A stretch of 64,000 nucleotides of DNA, taken from assembly GCA_034436115.1 (NCBI GenBank), contig DAOTVY010000064.1, positions 21,235 to 85,234 on the forward strand. The letters are read 5' to 3'. Of this stretch, positions 19,722 through 30,979 are shown piece by piece. Source of the DNA: Chloroflexia bacterium (GTDB lineage: Bacteria; Chloroflexota; Chloroflexia; DTKN01). The position numbers and the translations under genes were made by a program. The notes under the pieces are model-generated. The model saw nothing but the letters and a program-made list of their open reading frames with translations. It was not told the DNA's origin and did not search any database. The stretch's first letter is position 1. The number at the start of each line of letters is the position of its first letter.

Positions 19722-19847
19722 CTTGTCCTCCTTCAGGCAGCGAAATGGGCATCGCGGCGATGTGCAGATGCCAGACCTCAGATCCGGAGGGGTATCGCCA
19801 AACCCAGGGTGGCCAGGATGGCCTCACTATAGCGGAAAAAGGCACAA

Positions 19848-19867
19848 TTGTCAAGGAGAGTTGACAG
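19848..19867. promoter_or_regulatory. Candidate Rex operator TTGTCAA-N6-TTGACAG in the rex/amidase divergent intergenic region, overlapping a TTGACA-17-TATGCT promoter (19861-19889)
   Basis: An inverted repeat one base per half-site away from the Rex consensus TTGTGAA-N6-TTCACAA. It lies 126 nt upstream of the rex start and overlaps the -35 of the plus-strand promoter. Confidence 0.45.
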
Positions 19868-19922
19868 GGGAATATGAATCGAGTATGCTAACAAAGGGTA
19901 AGGTGCGCGAAGGAGTTTGCCT

Positions 19923-22616
19923 GTGGGCTGGCGGCGTAAGGCCTTTGCAGTCCTGGGGTGGGTAGTTGCAAGCGGGCTGATGTGGCTTTTCCTTTATAAG
20001 CCGGCGCACCCCGTGATGGCCCGAAGCAGGCAGGGAAGCCGGGGGCAAGGGGGAGCCCCGATCCTGGCGCAGGATCTGACGCTGCAAGGGGTAGACCTGG
20101 GGCAGGGAGAGACGAAGGGACCCTTGGAAAAAGATGCGGGTCTGGTTTTGACCCTGCCGGCGACCGCGGTTTACACATCCCCGGTGTTGCTGGCCCCGAT
20201 GCCGTTCTCCGACCTGGGGAGCGTCTGGGAGGCCGAGCTACCAACGGGTACTTCCCTTTTCCTGGAGGTCCGCACCAGTCCCGATGTAGAGGGAGAGCGG
20301 TGGACGCCCTGGCAGTGGATCGAGGAGGAGGACGATGCGCCTGCGATGCCCTACGGGCTGCACGCCGGAAAGCTGCTCTACGTTCCTCAGCGCGACGGGG
20401 TGCACCGGAGGCTGCAGTTCCGCTTTTTCTTCTCTTCCAGCCGGGAAGGAGCGCGACCGGCCCTCAGGAAACTAACCTTCACCTTTATCGACGCGCGCGC
20501 AGGGCCAAGCACACGGGCGATCATGGAAAAGCAGGGTCCGGCGCCTAAGGGGCCGGGGCTGGAAAAGCCCCGAGTGATCCGGCGGGTGGATTGGGGCTGC
20601 CCGGATGCAGAAGGAAGCCCTCGCTGGCCGCCCGAATATGCGCCGGTAACCCACATCCTCTTGCACCACACGGTAACCCCGAACGACGACGTGGACTGGG
20701 CGGCGCGGGTGCGGGCCATCTGGTATTACCATACCTATACGCGGGGCTGGGGGGATATCGGCTATAACTACCTGATCGATCCCCTGGGGAATATCTACGA
20801 GGGACGCGCCGGGGGCGAGGACGTCGTGGGGGGGCATGCTCGCGGGTACAACCGCGGGACGATGGGGGTGGCCTGCATGGGGACGTACGCCCGCGTGGCA
20901 CCCCCGCCCGCGCTGGAAGAGAGCCTGGTGGCGCTCCTTTCCTGGAAAGCTGCCGAGCGAGGCATCGACCCCTTGGGCCAGGGTTTTAACGGGCACAAGG
21001 TTTTCCCTTATATCGCCGGGCATCGGGATGTGGGGCAGACCGCATGCCCTGGGGATGCGCTCTACGGACGGCTGCCCACGATCCGGGAGGCCGTGCGAGC
21101 ACGGCTCGAGGGACAGGCGCAATGGATCATCGTCGAGGAGCTCGACCCCGGCTTTGGCCGAAGCGAGGCCTACTGGCACGACGGATGCGGCCGAAAGGAC
21201 CACTCCTGGTGGACGCATACCGTGACCGACCCCTCGCTCTCCGCGAACTGGGGAGCGTGGCGGCCCGATCTTCCTCGGAGCGGCTGGTATGAGGTCCTGG
21301 CCTACGTCCCGTCCTGTAGCGGGGAGGGCATCCCGGACTACACCGCGGATGCACGCTACCGCCTCTACTATCGGGGGGGCGGTACGCTCGTTTCGGTCGA
21401 TCAAAAGGCCCAGCGGGGCCGTTGGGTGTCGCTGGGGACCTACCCCTTTTCTAAGGGGACGGCGGGGTATCTCTACCTGGACGATGTCGCTGGGGACCAG
21501 TGGCGGTCCCTCTGGTACGACGCGGTGGCGTGGGTGCTGCGGGTTCCTCTGGAAGAACAGCCACCGGTGCCCACCGGGTTGATGCCGGGCGATGGTTCCT
21601 GGGTGAACCGCCGGGAAATCACCCTGACCTGGAGTATCCCGGTGACAGCGACGGTGGATGGGTATCACCTGATCGTGTCAACGGATGCGGCCCTCAGCCG
21701 GCCGCTCGTGGATGCGGAGGTGCGGGCGGGTGAGTACCATCTGGCCCTGGTGCGCGACTATCCGGCACTCTATTGGACCGTCCGCGCCCGGCAGGGCAGC
21801 CTCTATGGCCCCTTTGCTCCGGTGCAGCGCTTCGGTGTGGACAGCGAGCCGCCCCGGGTGGAAATCTTGGGCTTCCACCGGGATCTGGCCGGGCGATACT
21901 GGTTGCGGTGGGTCGGTAGCGACGGGGGAAGTGGAGTTGCGGGGTATTCTGTGGAAGCACGCGACGCCCCCACAGAGTCCTGGCGCAGCCTGGGTGTGGA
22001 CCCTTCGGCCACCAGCGTGGTGCTGAGCGTTCCAGAGGGCGTAGTGCGGGAATTTCGCATCCTCGCGCGTGACCGGGCGGGGAACATCGGCCAGGCGCCA
22101 GGACCCGGGAGCGTGCTTTCGAGTGCCGCCGCAAGCCTGTTGGGAGGCGTGGGGTATCTGCCGCTCGTGTTACGCGGGGAGGTGCTGCCTGGGCCGCGGC
22201 CCTGGCCGACAGCGAGGCCCACCCAGGAGGTAACGCCAAGCACGCCCCTGCCTGCTGGGCCGGACCTGGTGGTGGTTGCGGTGCGCTCGAGCCAGAGCAC
22301 GCCCTTTGACTGCGACCGGCCGACCGGGATCGCGGTGGAGGTGCGCAACGTGGGCACGGCTGCGGCCGGCCGCTTCTTTCTGGCGTTGTTGGGTGAGGGA
22401 TTGGAGGAGTGTCGGTGGTTGAGCCCAGGCCTGCTTCCCGGGCAAAGCGCGGAGTACATTTGCCCCACGGTTGTGCTGAACACGGCCGTTCGGGCGGTAG
22501 TAGATCCCGAGGGGATGGTCGTCGAAGTGGACGAAGAAAACAACACGCTCGACACGTGGGTGAGCGTGCTTTTGCTTCCGCCCTGTACGCCCCGACCGGA
22601 ACCGATTCGTCCGTAG
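19923..22616 (+). CDS. Large cell-surface protein: N-acetylmuramoyl-L-alanine amidase (PGRP/Amidase_2) domain + fibronectin-III-like domains + C-terminal CARDB-like domain
   Basis: An N-terminal TM/signal anchor. HHTVTPND...GWGDIGYNYLIDPLGNIYEGRAGG...GGHARGYNRGTMGVACMG is an Amidase_2/PGRP signature. FN3-like repeats and a CARDB-like tail follow. The GTG start sits 8 nt after AAGGAG. Confidence 0.7.
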   Translation: MGWRRKAFAVLGWVVASGLMWLFLYKPAHPVMARSRQGSRGQGGAPILAQDLTLQGVDLGQGETKGPLEKDAGLVLTLPATAVYTSPVLLAPMPFSDLGSVWEAELPTGTSLFLEVRTSPDVEGERWTPWQWIEEEDDAPAMPYGLHAGKLLYVPQRDGVHRRLQFRFFFSSSREGARPALRKLTFTFIDARAGPSTRAIMEKQGPAPKGPGLEKPRVIRRVDWGCPDAEGSPRWPPEYAPVTHILLHHTVTPNDDVDWAARVRAIWYYHTYTRGWGDIGYNYLIDPLGNIYEGRAGGEDVVGGHARGYNRGTMGVACMGTYARVAPPPALEESLVALLSWKAAERGIDPLGQGFNGHKVFPYIAGHRDVGQTACPGDALYGRLPTIREAVRARLEGQAQWIIVEELDPGFGRSEAYWHDGCGRKDHSWWTHTVTDPSLSANWGAWRPDLPRSGWYEVLAYVPSCSGEGIPDYTADARYRLYYRGGGTLVSVDQKAQRGRWVSLGTYPFSKGTAGYLYLDDVAGDQWRSLWYDAVAWVLRVPLEEQPPVPTGLMPGDGSWVNRREITLTWSIPVTATVDGYHLIVSTDAALSRPLVDAEVRAGEYHLALVRDYPALYWTVRARQGSLYGPFAPVQRFGVDSEPPRVEILGFHRDLAGRYWLRWVGSDGGSGVAGYSVEARDAPTESWRSLGVDPSATSVVLSVPEGVVREFRILARDRAGNIGQAPGPGSVLSSAAASLLGGVGYLPLVLRGEVLPGPRPWPTARPTQEVTPSTPLPAGPDLVVVAVRSSQSTPFDCDRPTGIAVEVRNVGTAAAGRFFLALLGEGLEECRWLSPGLLPGQSAEYICPTVVLNTAVRAVVDPEGMVVEVDEENNTLDTWVSVLLLPPCTPRPEPIRP

Positions 22617-22638
22617 AGGGCGGCATTTTTGCCGCCCT

Positions 22639-23784
22639 CTACTCCAGGAATCCCCGCAGTTTTTTGCCGTAGTGGGGATGTCGTAACTTGCGCAGGACCT
22701 TTGCCTCGATCTGGCGGATCCGCTCGCGCGTGATGCCGAACTCCTTCCCCACTTCTTCCAGCGTACGGTAACGGCCGTCGTTCAGCCCAAACCGTAGCTG
22801 GATGATCCGCCGCTCCCGATCGGGGAGTTTCTGGAGCACCTCGTTGATCTGCTCGCGCAGCAGCTGGTAGGAGGCCGCATCCAGGGGGGCTGCTACACGG
22901 TCGTCCTCGATAAAGTCCCCCATACGGCTGTCGCCCTCTTTGCCCACGGGCATCTCCAGGGATACAGGGGTCCGGGATACCTCGATGACGCGCCGTACCT
23001 TTTCCGAGCTGATGCCCATGGCTTGCGCGATTTCATCGGTGGTGGGCTCCCGCTCCATCTGTTGCTGCAAGCGGTGGGAAACCCGCTTCACCCGGTTGAT
23101 CGTCTCCCCGACGTGCACCGGCAGGCGGATGGTCCGGCTCTGGTCGGAGATGGAACGGGTGATCGCCTGGCGGATCCACCAGGTGGCATAGGTGGAGAAC
23201 TTGTAGCCGCGGGTGTAATCGAACTTTTCCGTAGCCCGCATCAAGCCGATGTTCCCTTCCTGGATCAGGTCCAGGAACGACATCCCCCGGCCAATATACT
23301 TCTTGGCGATGCTGACCACCAGGCGTAGGTTGGCCTGGATGAGGTGTTGCCGCGCCTCCTCACCGGCAAAGATGCGCTGCTGGAGGGCCTGTTTCTGGGC
23401 TTCGTCGAGTTCGTGCTCTTTCTCTTGCAGTTCCCGGTAGGCCTCTTCGCCGTCGCGCAGACGGGTGGCCAGCTCGACCTCTTCCTCAGGGGTCAGGAGG
23501 GGTACGCGGCCGATCTCGTGCAGGTACAAACGGACCGGGTCGTCAATGCTGATCCCCTCGAGGTCCATCTCCGGCGCGGCGAGAAGGGCCTCCTCGGGGG
23601 GGGCCTCCGCTACAGCGGCAGGCTGCTCGGTCCCATCCAGCACGGGGATGCCGAGCTCTTGCAGCGTGCTGTAAAGCTCGTCGATCTCGTCCAAATGATA
23701 CTCGAGGTCCGGGAAGACCTCGAGGATCTCGTCCAGGGTGATCTCACCCTGAGCCTTTGCCCGTTCGATCAGTTCTTGAACCAT
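22639..23784 (-). CDS. rpoD: RNA polymerase primary sigma factor (sigma-70/SigA)
   Basis: Regions 1.2 through 4 are present ([78 protein letters not shown]). Confidence 0.95.
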   Translation of the reverse strand: MVQELIERAKAQGEITLDEILEVFPDLEYHLDEIDELYSTLQELGIPVLDGTEQPAAVAEAPPEEALLAAPEMDLEGISIDDPVRLYLHEIGRVPLLTPEEEVELATRLRDGEEAYRELQEKEHELDEAQKQALQQRIFAGEEARQHLIQANLRLVVSIAKKYIGRGMSFLDLIQEGNIGLMRATEKFDYTRGYKFSTYATWWIRQAITRSISDQSRTIRLPVHVGETINRVKRVSHRLQQQMEREPTTDEIAQAMGISSEKVRRVIEVSRTPVSLEMPVGKEGDSRMGDFIEDDRVAAPLDAASYQLLREQINEVLQKLPDRERRIIQLRFGLNDGRYRTLEEVGKEFGITRERIRQIEAKVLRKLRHPHYGKKLRGFLE

Positions 23785-23879
23785 AGGTCTGCCCCAAGTA
23801 GAAGTTGCGGGCTGCCGCCCCCAAGATCGATTTCACACGCGCCGCTAGGCGCATCCTGGCAGAATTGCTAAACTATGTA

Positions 23880-23908
23880 AACATAGCACATCTCCAAGAA
23901 AAAGTCAA
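23880..23908 (-). promoter_or_regulatory. Putative rpoD promoter (TTGACT-17-TATGTT on minus strand)
   Basis: The reverse complement reads TTGACTttttcttggagatgtgcTATGTT, about 95 nt upstream of the rpoD start, within an unusually A/G-rich low-GC tract. Confidence 0.45.
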
Positions 23909-24034
23909 GAAACAAAGGGAACGAAAAGGAAAGAAAAATAAGGAAAATAAAAAGAATGGTGAAGAAGGGGGATCACCAATGGAGAGCATCCCTATTTTGT
24001 TTGCCTATTGTTGCATCTGCACTTGCCACGCTAT

Positions 24035-24063
24035 TTGCACTTTTCTCGCCATTGCAGTAAGAT
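24035..24063 (+). promoter_or_regulatory. groESL sigma-A promoter (TTGCAC-17-TAAGAT)
   Basis: Hexamers with 17-nt spacing immediately upstream of the CIRCE element. Confidence 0.6.
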
Positions 24064-24072
24064 AAGGGGCGG

Positions 24073-24099
24073 TTAGCACTCTCCGGGCAAGAGTGCTAA
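24073..24099 (+). promoter_or_regulatory. CIRCE element (HrcA operator), perfect TTAGCACTC-N9-GAGTGCTAA
   Basis: Exact inverted repeat ttagcactc tccgggcaa gagtgctaa between the promoter and the groES RBS. Confidence 0.92.
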
Positions 24100-24149
24100 T
24101 ATTGCGCCCCGAAGGCCTTCGGGAGAATCTCAAAAGGAGGTGCGTCACC

Positions 24150-24452
24150 ATGGAGATCAAGCTTAGGCCGCTCGCGGATCGGGTTGTCGTGAAGCCGATT
24201 CCCCGCGAGGAGAAAACCAAGAGCGGCATCATCCTGCCCGACACGGCCGCCAAAGAAAAGCCCCAGGAGGGCACGGTGATTGCCGTGGGGCCGGGTCGCC
24301 TGCTCGACAATGGCACCCGCGTTCCGATCGATCTGGCGGTGGGTGACCGTGTCCTCTTTGCCAAGTATGCGGGGACCGAGTTCAAGAGCGAGGACGATGA
24401 GGAGTTCATCATCCTCAGCGAGAAGGATGTGCTGGCGGTGATCGAACGCTGA
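24150..24452 (+). CDS. groES: Co-chaperonin GroES
   Basis: A 100-aa protein with AAAAGGAGG RBS and the mobile loop [22 protein letters not shown]. Confidence 0.97.
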   Translation: MEIKLRPLADRVVVKPIPREEKTKSGIILPDTAAKEKPQEGTVIAVGPGRLLDNGTRVPIDLAVGDRVLFAKYAGTEFKSEDDEEFIILSEKDVLAVIER

Positions 24453-24478
24453 TCCCCTGTGGAAAGCTTCTGCGATAA

Positions 24479-26128
<1,650 letters not shown>

Positions 26129-26147
26129 ACCGTGCATCGTGCGACCG

Positions 26148-26186
26148 GAAAAGCCGCAGGGCGCCGGCCGGCGCCCTGCGGCTTTT
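26148..26186 (+). terminator. Rho-independent terminator after groEL
   Basis: A perfect 15-bp stem GCCGCAGGGCGCCGG/CCGGCGCCCTGCGGC followed by TTTTCC. Confidence 0.8.
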
Positions 26187-26274
26187 CCGCGCCTCCCGCG
26201 CGCACCCAGCCGCGGCGCCCAAGCGCTTTCGTGGGCCGGGGGCGATCTTCCCCCTTTCGGACGCTTCCGTATAT

Positions 26275-26303
26275 TTGACCCTCCCTGGCCCGCGTGATAC
26301 AAT
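26275..26303 (+). promoter_or_regulatory. Putative promoter TTGACC-17-TACAAT (extended TGa) for the threonine synthase-like gene
   Basis: Hexamers with 17-nt spacing, about 55 nt upstream of the GTG start. Confidence 0.45.
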
Positions 26304-26356
26304 GCCCCTGCCGACGTCGGCCCGGGCGGGACCAAGGGGCGAACTGGAGGAGGTCT

Positions 26357-27622
26357 GTGGGCGGTGTGATCGAACTGCGGTGTGTGCGTTGCGGGCGACG
26401 TTACCCCCCCGATGAGGTGGCCTACACCTGCCCCAGTTGCGGGGACGAAGGGACTCTGGATGTCCTCTACGATTACCCGGCGCTTCGACGGGAACTGGAT
26501 CGGGAACGCCTTTCCCGCAACCCCGAGCGTACGATGTGGCGCTATGCACCGCTCCTGCCAGTCCAGCAGCTACGGCTGGCGGCCCCGCTGACGGTTGGAT
26601 GGACGCCGCTCTACCGCGTCGATGGGCTGGCCTCGGAGCTTGGACTGGCCCGCCTCTACATCAAGGATGAGGGGCGCAATCCTTCCGCTTCCCTCAAGGA
26701 TCGGGCGAGCGCGGTCGCGCTTGTCCGCGCGCGCGAAGCGAGCGCGCCGGTGATCGCCGCGGCTTCCACTGGAAACGCGGCCTCCTCGCTTGCCTGCCTT
26801 TGCGCCGCCGTCGGCCAGCGTTGTGTGCTTCTGGTTCCGGAAACTGCGCCACCGGCCAAGGTGGCCCAGCTGCTGATCTTCGGTGCCGAAGTACGGCTCG
26901 TCCGCGGCACGTACGACGATGCCTTCGACCTCTGTATGGCCGCCTGCCGCGCCTACGGCTGGTACAACCGCAATACGGGCGTCAACCCTTATCTGGGCGA
27001 GGGGAAGAAGACGGTCGCCCTGGAGATCTGCGAGCAGCTGGAGTGGCAGGCTCCGGACCTGATCTTTGTCCCGGTGGGCGATGGGTGCATCCTGGGCGGG
27101 GTGGACAAAGGGCTGCGCGACCTCCTCTCGTTGGGCTGGATCGAGCGGATGCCCCGTCTGATCGGCGTCCAGGCGGAAGGGTCTGCGGCCCTGGCGAATG
27201 CCTGGCGCCGGGGCAGCACGGCGGTCGAACCGGTCATCCCCCAGACGCTGGCGGATAGCATCTCGGTCGGCCGGCCACGGGACGCGCTCAAGGCCCTGCG
27301 CGCGGTGCGCGAAAGCGGGGGGGCCTTCGTAACCGTCTCCGATGCCGAGATCCTGGAGGCCATGCAGCTCCTCGGCCGCTCCACCGGGGTCTTTGCCGAG
27401 CCGGCCGGTGCGGCTGCGTTGGCCGGCCTGATGTGCATGGCACGCAGAGGGGATCTCCCCGGCGACCAGACGGCGGTGGCGCTGATCACCGGCAACGGCC
27501 TCAAGGATATAGCCAGCGCTCTGCGGGCGGTGCCCGAACCCCCACGGATCGAGCCCAGCCTCGAAGCCCTGCGCCAATCCCTGGCTGCCGGGGGGATACG
27601 CCTTCACAGGGGTTCCCAGTGA
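26357..27622 (+). CDS. Threonine synthase-like PLP (fold type II) enzyme with N-terminal Cys4 zinc ribbon
   Basis: A GTG start follows GGAGGAGG. CVRCGRRY...CPSCGDEG zinc ribbon, SLKDRASAV (PLP lysine) and ASTGNAASS. Confidence 0.7.
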   Translation: MGGVIELRCVRCGRRYPPDEVAYTCPSCGDEGTLDVLYDYPALRRELDRERLSRNPERTMWRYAPLLPVQQLRLAAPLTVGWTPLYRVDGLASELGLARLYIKDEGRNPSASLKDRASAVALVRAREASAPVIAAASTGNAASSLACLCAAVGQRCVLLVPETAPPAKVAQLLIFGAEVRLVRGTYDDAFDLCMAACRAYGWYNRNTGVNPYLGEGKKTVALEICEQLEWQAPDLIFVPVGDGCILGGVDKGLRDLLSLGWIERMPRLIGVQAEGSAALANAWRRGSTAVEPVIPQTLADSISVGRPRDALKALRAVRESGGAFVTVSDAEILEAMQLLGRSTGVFAEPAGAAALAGLMCMARRGDLPGDQTAVALITGNGLKDIASALRAVPEPPRIEPSLEALRQSLAAGGIRLHRGSQ

Positions 27623-27669
27623 TTCCATCTCGCCCGACTGCCACAGCATTCGATCAGCGGAGGGGGAAC

Positions 27670-29067
27670 ATGCCCGAATCCGGTATCGTTGTCGGTCCGA
27701 CCTTCGAAGAGATGCTTCATCCGGAGCGCATCCCGCCCGACATCCGTACACGGGCGTTGGAGATGCAGGTGCGCGATCCCCTGGATCCGATCAACCTGTA
27801 CAACATTACCTGGCGCGACGGGGAGAACCGCATCTTCTACGAGGTGCTCCCGCCCCAGCTCACTGGGGTCGAAACCCCGATCGTCGTCCTGTACGCCAAG
27901 GACTTTCCCACCGGAAGCCACAAGGTCGGTGCGGCCTATGCGGTGCTCGTGGAGATGGAGCTGACCGGGGAAGTGGATCCCTCCCGACATACGCTTGTCT
28001 GGCCTTCTACCGGCAACTATGGCATCGGGGGGGCCTACGTCGGCTGCCGCATGCGCTTCGATAGCGTGGTCATCCTCCCCATAGGGATGAGTGCGGAACG
28101 CTTTGAACGCATCCGCTCCTACGGGGCGCGGATCATCGCCACCCCGGGTTCCGAGAGCAACGTGAGGGAGATCTATGACAAGTGCAAAGAGCTCAAGGCA
28201 GCCGATCCGGAACGCGTCCGGATCCTGAACCAGTTCGAAGTCTTTGGCAACTACCGCTTCCACTACTACGTCACCGGAAACACGGTCGTGGAGCTGGCCC
28301 AGGAGCTCGCCCGGCAGGGGATCGGCCGGGGCAAGGTGTCGGCCTTTGTCTCGGCTATGGGATCGGCCGGTACCATCGCTGCCGGCGACCGCTGCAAGCA
28401 GGTCTGGCCGGATCACCGCATCGTCGGGTTGGAGCCGATCCAGTGCCCTACCCTCTTCCTCAACGGCTACGGGAGCCACGACATCCAGGGGATCGGCGAC
28501 AAGCACGTGACCTGGATCCACCATGTGGGCAACATGGACGCCCTGATGTGCATCGACGATCTGGAGTGCAAGAAGGGCTTGCAGCTCCTCACCGAGGAGG
28601 CCGGATGGCGGGTGCTGATCGACCGCTATGGAATCCCGGAGGAAAAGGTCCACCGCCTGGCGGAGATTTTTGGCATCTCGGGGGTGTGCAACGTCCTGGG
28701 AGCGATCAAAACTGCGCGCTTCTACAGGTTCGGCCGGGACGACCTGATCGTCACCGTCTGCACGGATGCCATCGACCGTTACCGCTCGGTGATGGCCCAG
28801 TTGACCGCCCAGTACGGCCCGATGGACGAAACCGAGGCCATCGTGCGCCTGGAGAGCATCTTCCACGGCCAGAAGCTAGACTGGATCCAGGAGGGTACGT
28901 GGGAGACGCGCGCCCGCTGGCACAACCTGAAGTACTTCACCTGGGTGGAGCAGCAAGGCAAGACGGTGGAGGAGCTGGACGCCCAGCGGGACCCGGCCTA
29001 CTGGGAAGCCCATCAGGCTCGCGTGGCCGAGGTAGACCGCTTGATCCGAGAAGCTCGGGGCTGGTGA
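27670..29067 (+). CDS. PLP-dependent fold-type-II (tryptophan synthase beta/cysteine synthase-like) enzyme with ~130-aa C-terminal extension, specificity unknown
   Basis: GSHKVGAAY (PLP-Lys), PSTGNYGIGGAY and a glycine-rich SAMGSAGTIAAG loop. ATG start after GGAGGGGGAAC. Confidence 0.6.
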   Translation: MPESGIVVGPTFEEMLHPERIPPDIRTRALEMQVRDPLDPINLYNITWRDGENRIFYEVLPPQLTGVETPIVVLYAKDFPTGSHKVGAAYAVLVEMELTGEVDPSRHTLVWPSTGNYGIGGAYVGCRMRFDSVVILPIGMSAERFERIRSYGARIIATPGSESNVREIYDKCKELKAADPERVRILNQFEVFGNYRFHYYVTGNTVVELAQELARQGIGRGKVSAFVSAMGSAGTIAAGDRCKQVWPDHRIVGLEPIQCPTLFLNGYGSHDIQGIGDKHVTWIHHVGNMDALMCIDDLECKKGLQLLTEEAGWRVLIDRYGIPEEKVHRLAEIFGISGVCNVLGAIKTARFYRFGRDDLIVTVCTDAIDRYRSVMAQLTAQYGPMDETEAIVRLESIFHGQKLDWIQEGTWETRARWHNLKYFTWVEQQGKTVEELDAQRDPAYWEAHQARVAEVDRLIREARGW

Positions 29068-29085
29068 GGACGCACGGAGGAGACC

Positions 29086-29571
29086 ATGGCCGCGGAAACG
29101 CTCGAGGCGCGCGTCGGTTCCTGCCTGCGCGCCCGGGGATGGAGGTTGGCAACCGCCGAATCGTGCACCGGAGGCTTGTTGGGGCACCGCCTGACCGATG
29201 TGCCGGGGAGTTCCGACTACTACCTGGGCGGGGTTGTCGCCTATGCGGATGAGGTCAAGGTCGCCCTGCTGGGGGTCAGCCCGGAGCGACTGGCGCGCGA
29301 AGGGGCAGTGAGCGAAGGGGTTGCCCGGGAGATGGCGCTCGGCGTGCGCCAGCGCCTGGGCGCGGAGGTGGGTGTGGGGATCACCGGCATCGCTGGTCCG
29401 AGCGGAGGCACGCCCGAAAAACCGGTGGGCCTGGTGTTCATCGCGGTGGCCAGTCCCAGCGGCATCCGGTGCGAGCGTCACCGCTGGCCCTACGACCGCG
29501 CGGGCAACAAGGAAGCTTCGGTACGGCGTGCTCTGGAGATGGTGGTGGAAGTGTTGGAGAAGGAGCCCTGA
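29086..29571 (+). CDS. CinA C-terminal domain protein (nicotinamide-nucleotide amidase PncC-like)
   Basis: [13 protein letters not shown]...GGVVAY...[10 protein letters not shown] are CinA_C signatures. Confidence 0.8.
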   Translation: MAAETLEARVGSCLRARGWRLATAESCTGGLLGHRLTDVPGSSDYYLGGVVAYADEVKVALLGVSPERLAREGAVSEGVAREMALGVRQRLGAEVGVGITGIAGPSGGTPEKPVGLVFIAVASPSGIRCERHRWPYDRAGNKEASVRRALEMVVEVLEKEP

Positions 29572-30855
29572 GTGTACACCCGGACGGTGCTGCCCAACGG
29601 GTTGCGCATCCTTACCTGCGCGATGCCCCATATCCGTTCCGCGACGCTCTGTTTCTACATCGCCGCGGGTTCCCGGGTAGAGCCGGACGAGCGGGCCGGC
29701 GTGGCGCATTTCCTGGAGCACATGCTCTTCAAGGGGACGGCCCGTTATCCTACGGCTCGCGAGGTCTCCGAGGCCATCGAAGGGGTAGGTGGGGTGCTGG
29801 ACGCGCAGACCTCCCCGGAGGTCACAGCCTATTGGGCCAAGGTGCCGGTGCAGCATTTCCCTCGTGCCCTGGAGCTGCTCACCGAGATGCTTCGCTTCCC
29901 CCGCCTGGACCCGGCCGAGATCGAGAAAGAACGCCAGGTGATCGTCGAGGAGATCCATATGATCATCGACTCCCCGGCCGACTGGGTTGGGGAACTGCTT
30001 GGGGAAGCGCTGTGGCCGGGCCATCCCCTGGGCCGTGATGTGGCCGGCCGGGAAGAGACGGTCCGCGCCATCGCGCGGGAGGACCTGGAGGCATACCGGG
30101 CCACCTACTATGTGCCCGGCCGTATCGTGGCCGTGGTGGCGGGAGCATTGCCCGCTTCCGAGGTGGAAGCGGCGCTCGCCGACGCACTGGGCGATCTGGG
30201 CGTAGCAGCACCACCGTCGCTGGATGTTCCTCCTCCCCGCACCCGAGGGGCACAGCTGTTGGTCCGGTATCGGGAGTGCGAGCAGGCGCACCTCTGCCTG
30301 GGCCTCCCTGCCCTGTCCTATCGCCACCCTGACCGCTATGCGCTCCTCCTGTTGGACACGATCCTGGGCGCAGGGATGAGCTCGCGCCTGTTCCTTTCCA
30401 TCCGCGAGGAGCGCGCGCTGGCCTACAACGTCTATTCCGCGCTGCGCCAGTTCGCCGATTGCGGCGCCGAGACGATCTACGCCGGGGTCGCACCGGAGCG
30501 CGCCGGGGAGTGCCTGGCCGCCATCTGGGAAGAGCTGGAGCGGCTGGCCACGGAGGGTGTTCCGGAGGAAGAACTCCAACGTGCCAAGGAGTATACCAAG
30601 GGGCGCATCCTGCTGCGGATGGAGGATTCCTACGGGGTGGCCTCCTGGTACGGGGCCCAAGAAACTCTCCTCCAGCGGATCGAGGAGGTGGATGAAGTGA
30701 TCGCGCAGATCGAGGCCGTGGAGCCGGCCGACCTGCAGCGTCTGGCTGCCCTCCTTTTCCGGCGGGACGCGCTTTGCCTGGCCGCGGTTGGCCCTTTCCC
30801 GGAGGATGCCCCGTTCCGTAGGGCACTCGGCCTGGATAGCGTGGCGGTGGTGTGA
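29572..30855 (+). CDS. M16-family zinc peptidase (insulinase/pitrilysin-like)
   Basis: The inverted zinc motif HFLEHMLFKGT. A GTG start overlaps the upstream stop (GAGAAGGAG RBS). Confidence 0.85.
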   Translation: MYTRTVLPNGLRILTCAMPHIRSATLCFYIAAGSRVEPDERAGVAHFLEHMLFKGTARYPTAREVSEAIEGVGGVLDAQTSPEVTAYWAKVPVQHFPRALELLTEMLRFPRLDPAEIEKERQVIVEEIHMIIDSPADWVGELLGEALWPGHPLGRDVAGREETVRAIAREDLEAYRATYYVPGRIVAVVAGALPASEVEAALADALGDLGVAAPPSLDVPPPRTRGAQLLVRYRECEQAHLCLGLPALSYRHPDRYALLLLDTILGAGMSSRLFLSIREERALAYNVYSALRQFADCGAETIYAGVAPERAGECLAAIWEELERLATEGVPEEELQRAKEYTKGRILLRMEDSYGVASWYGAQETLLQRIEEVDEVIAQIEAVEPADLQRLAALLFRRDALCLAAVGPFPEDAPFRRALGLDSVAVV

Positions 30856-30867
30856 CCGCGACGAGGC

Positions 30868-30979
30868 GGGGAGCAAGGGGTAGTCGAGGGATCCGCCTGC
30901 CGCACCGGTGTTCCCAGGTCGCACGCATGGGGAAGACCACCGGGAGCAAGGGGGAGTCGAGGGATCCGCCTGCCGCACC
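30868..30979. repeat. Two near-identical ~38-nt direct repeats (GGGAGCAAGGGGKAGTCGAGGGATCCGCCTGCCGCACC), 74 nt start to start, in a ~475-bp non-coding region
   Basis: Copy 1 is ~30868-30906 and copy 2 is ~30942-30979, with a single mismatch. They lie upstream of the putative promoter (TTGACG-17-TATAGT at ~31273-31301) of the RACo-like gene. Confidence 0.6.

Noticed and set aside
23805-24065. 86-aa Lys-rich plus-strand ORF between rpoD and groES
   Set aside because: It lies in the low-GC AG-rich promoter tract, has no RBS or conserved features, and overlaps the promoter and CIRCE elements.
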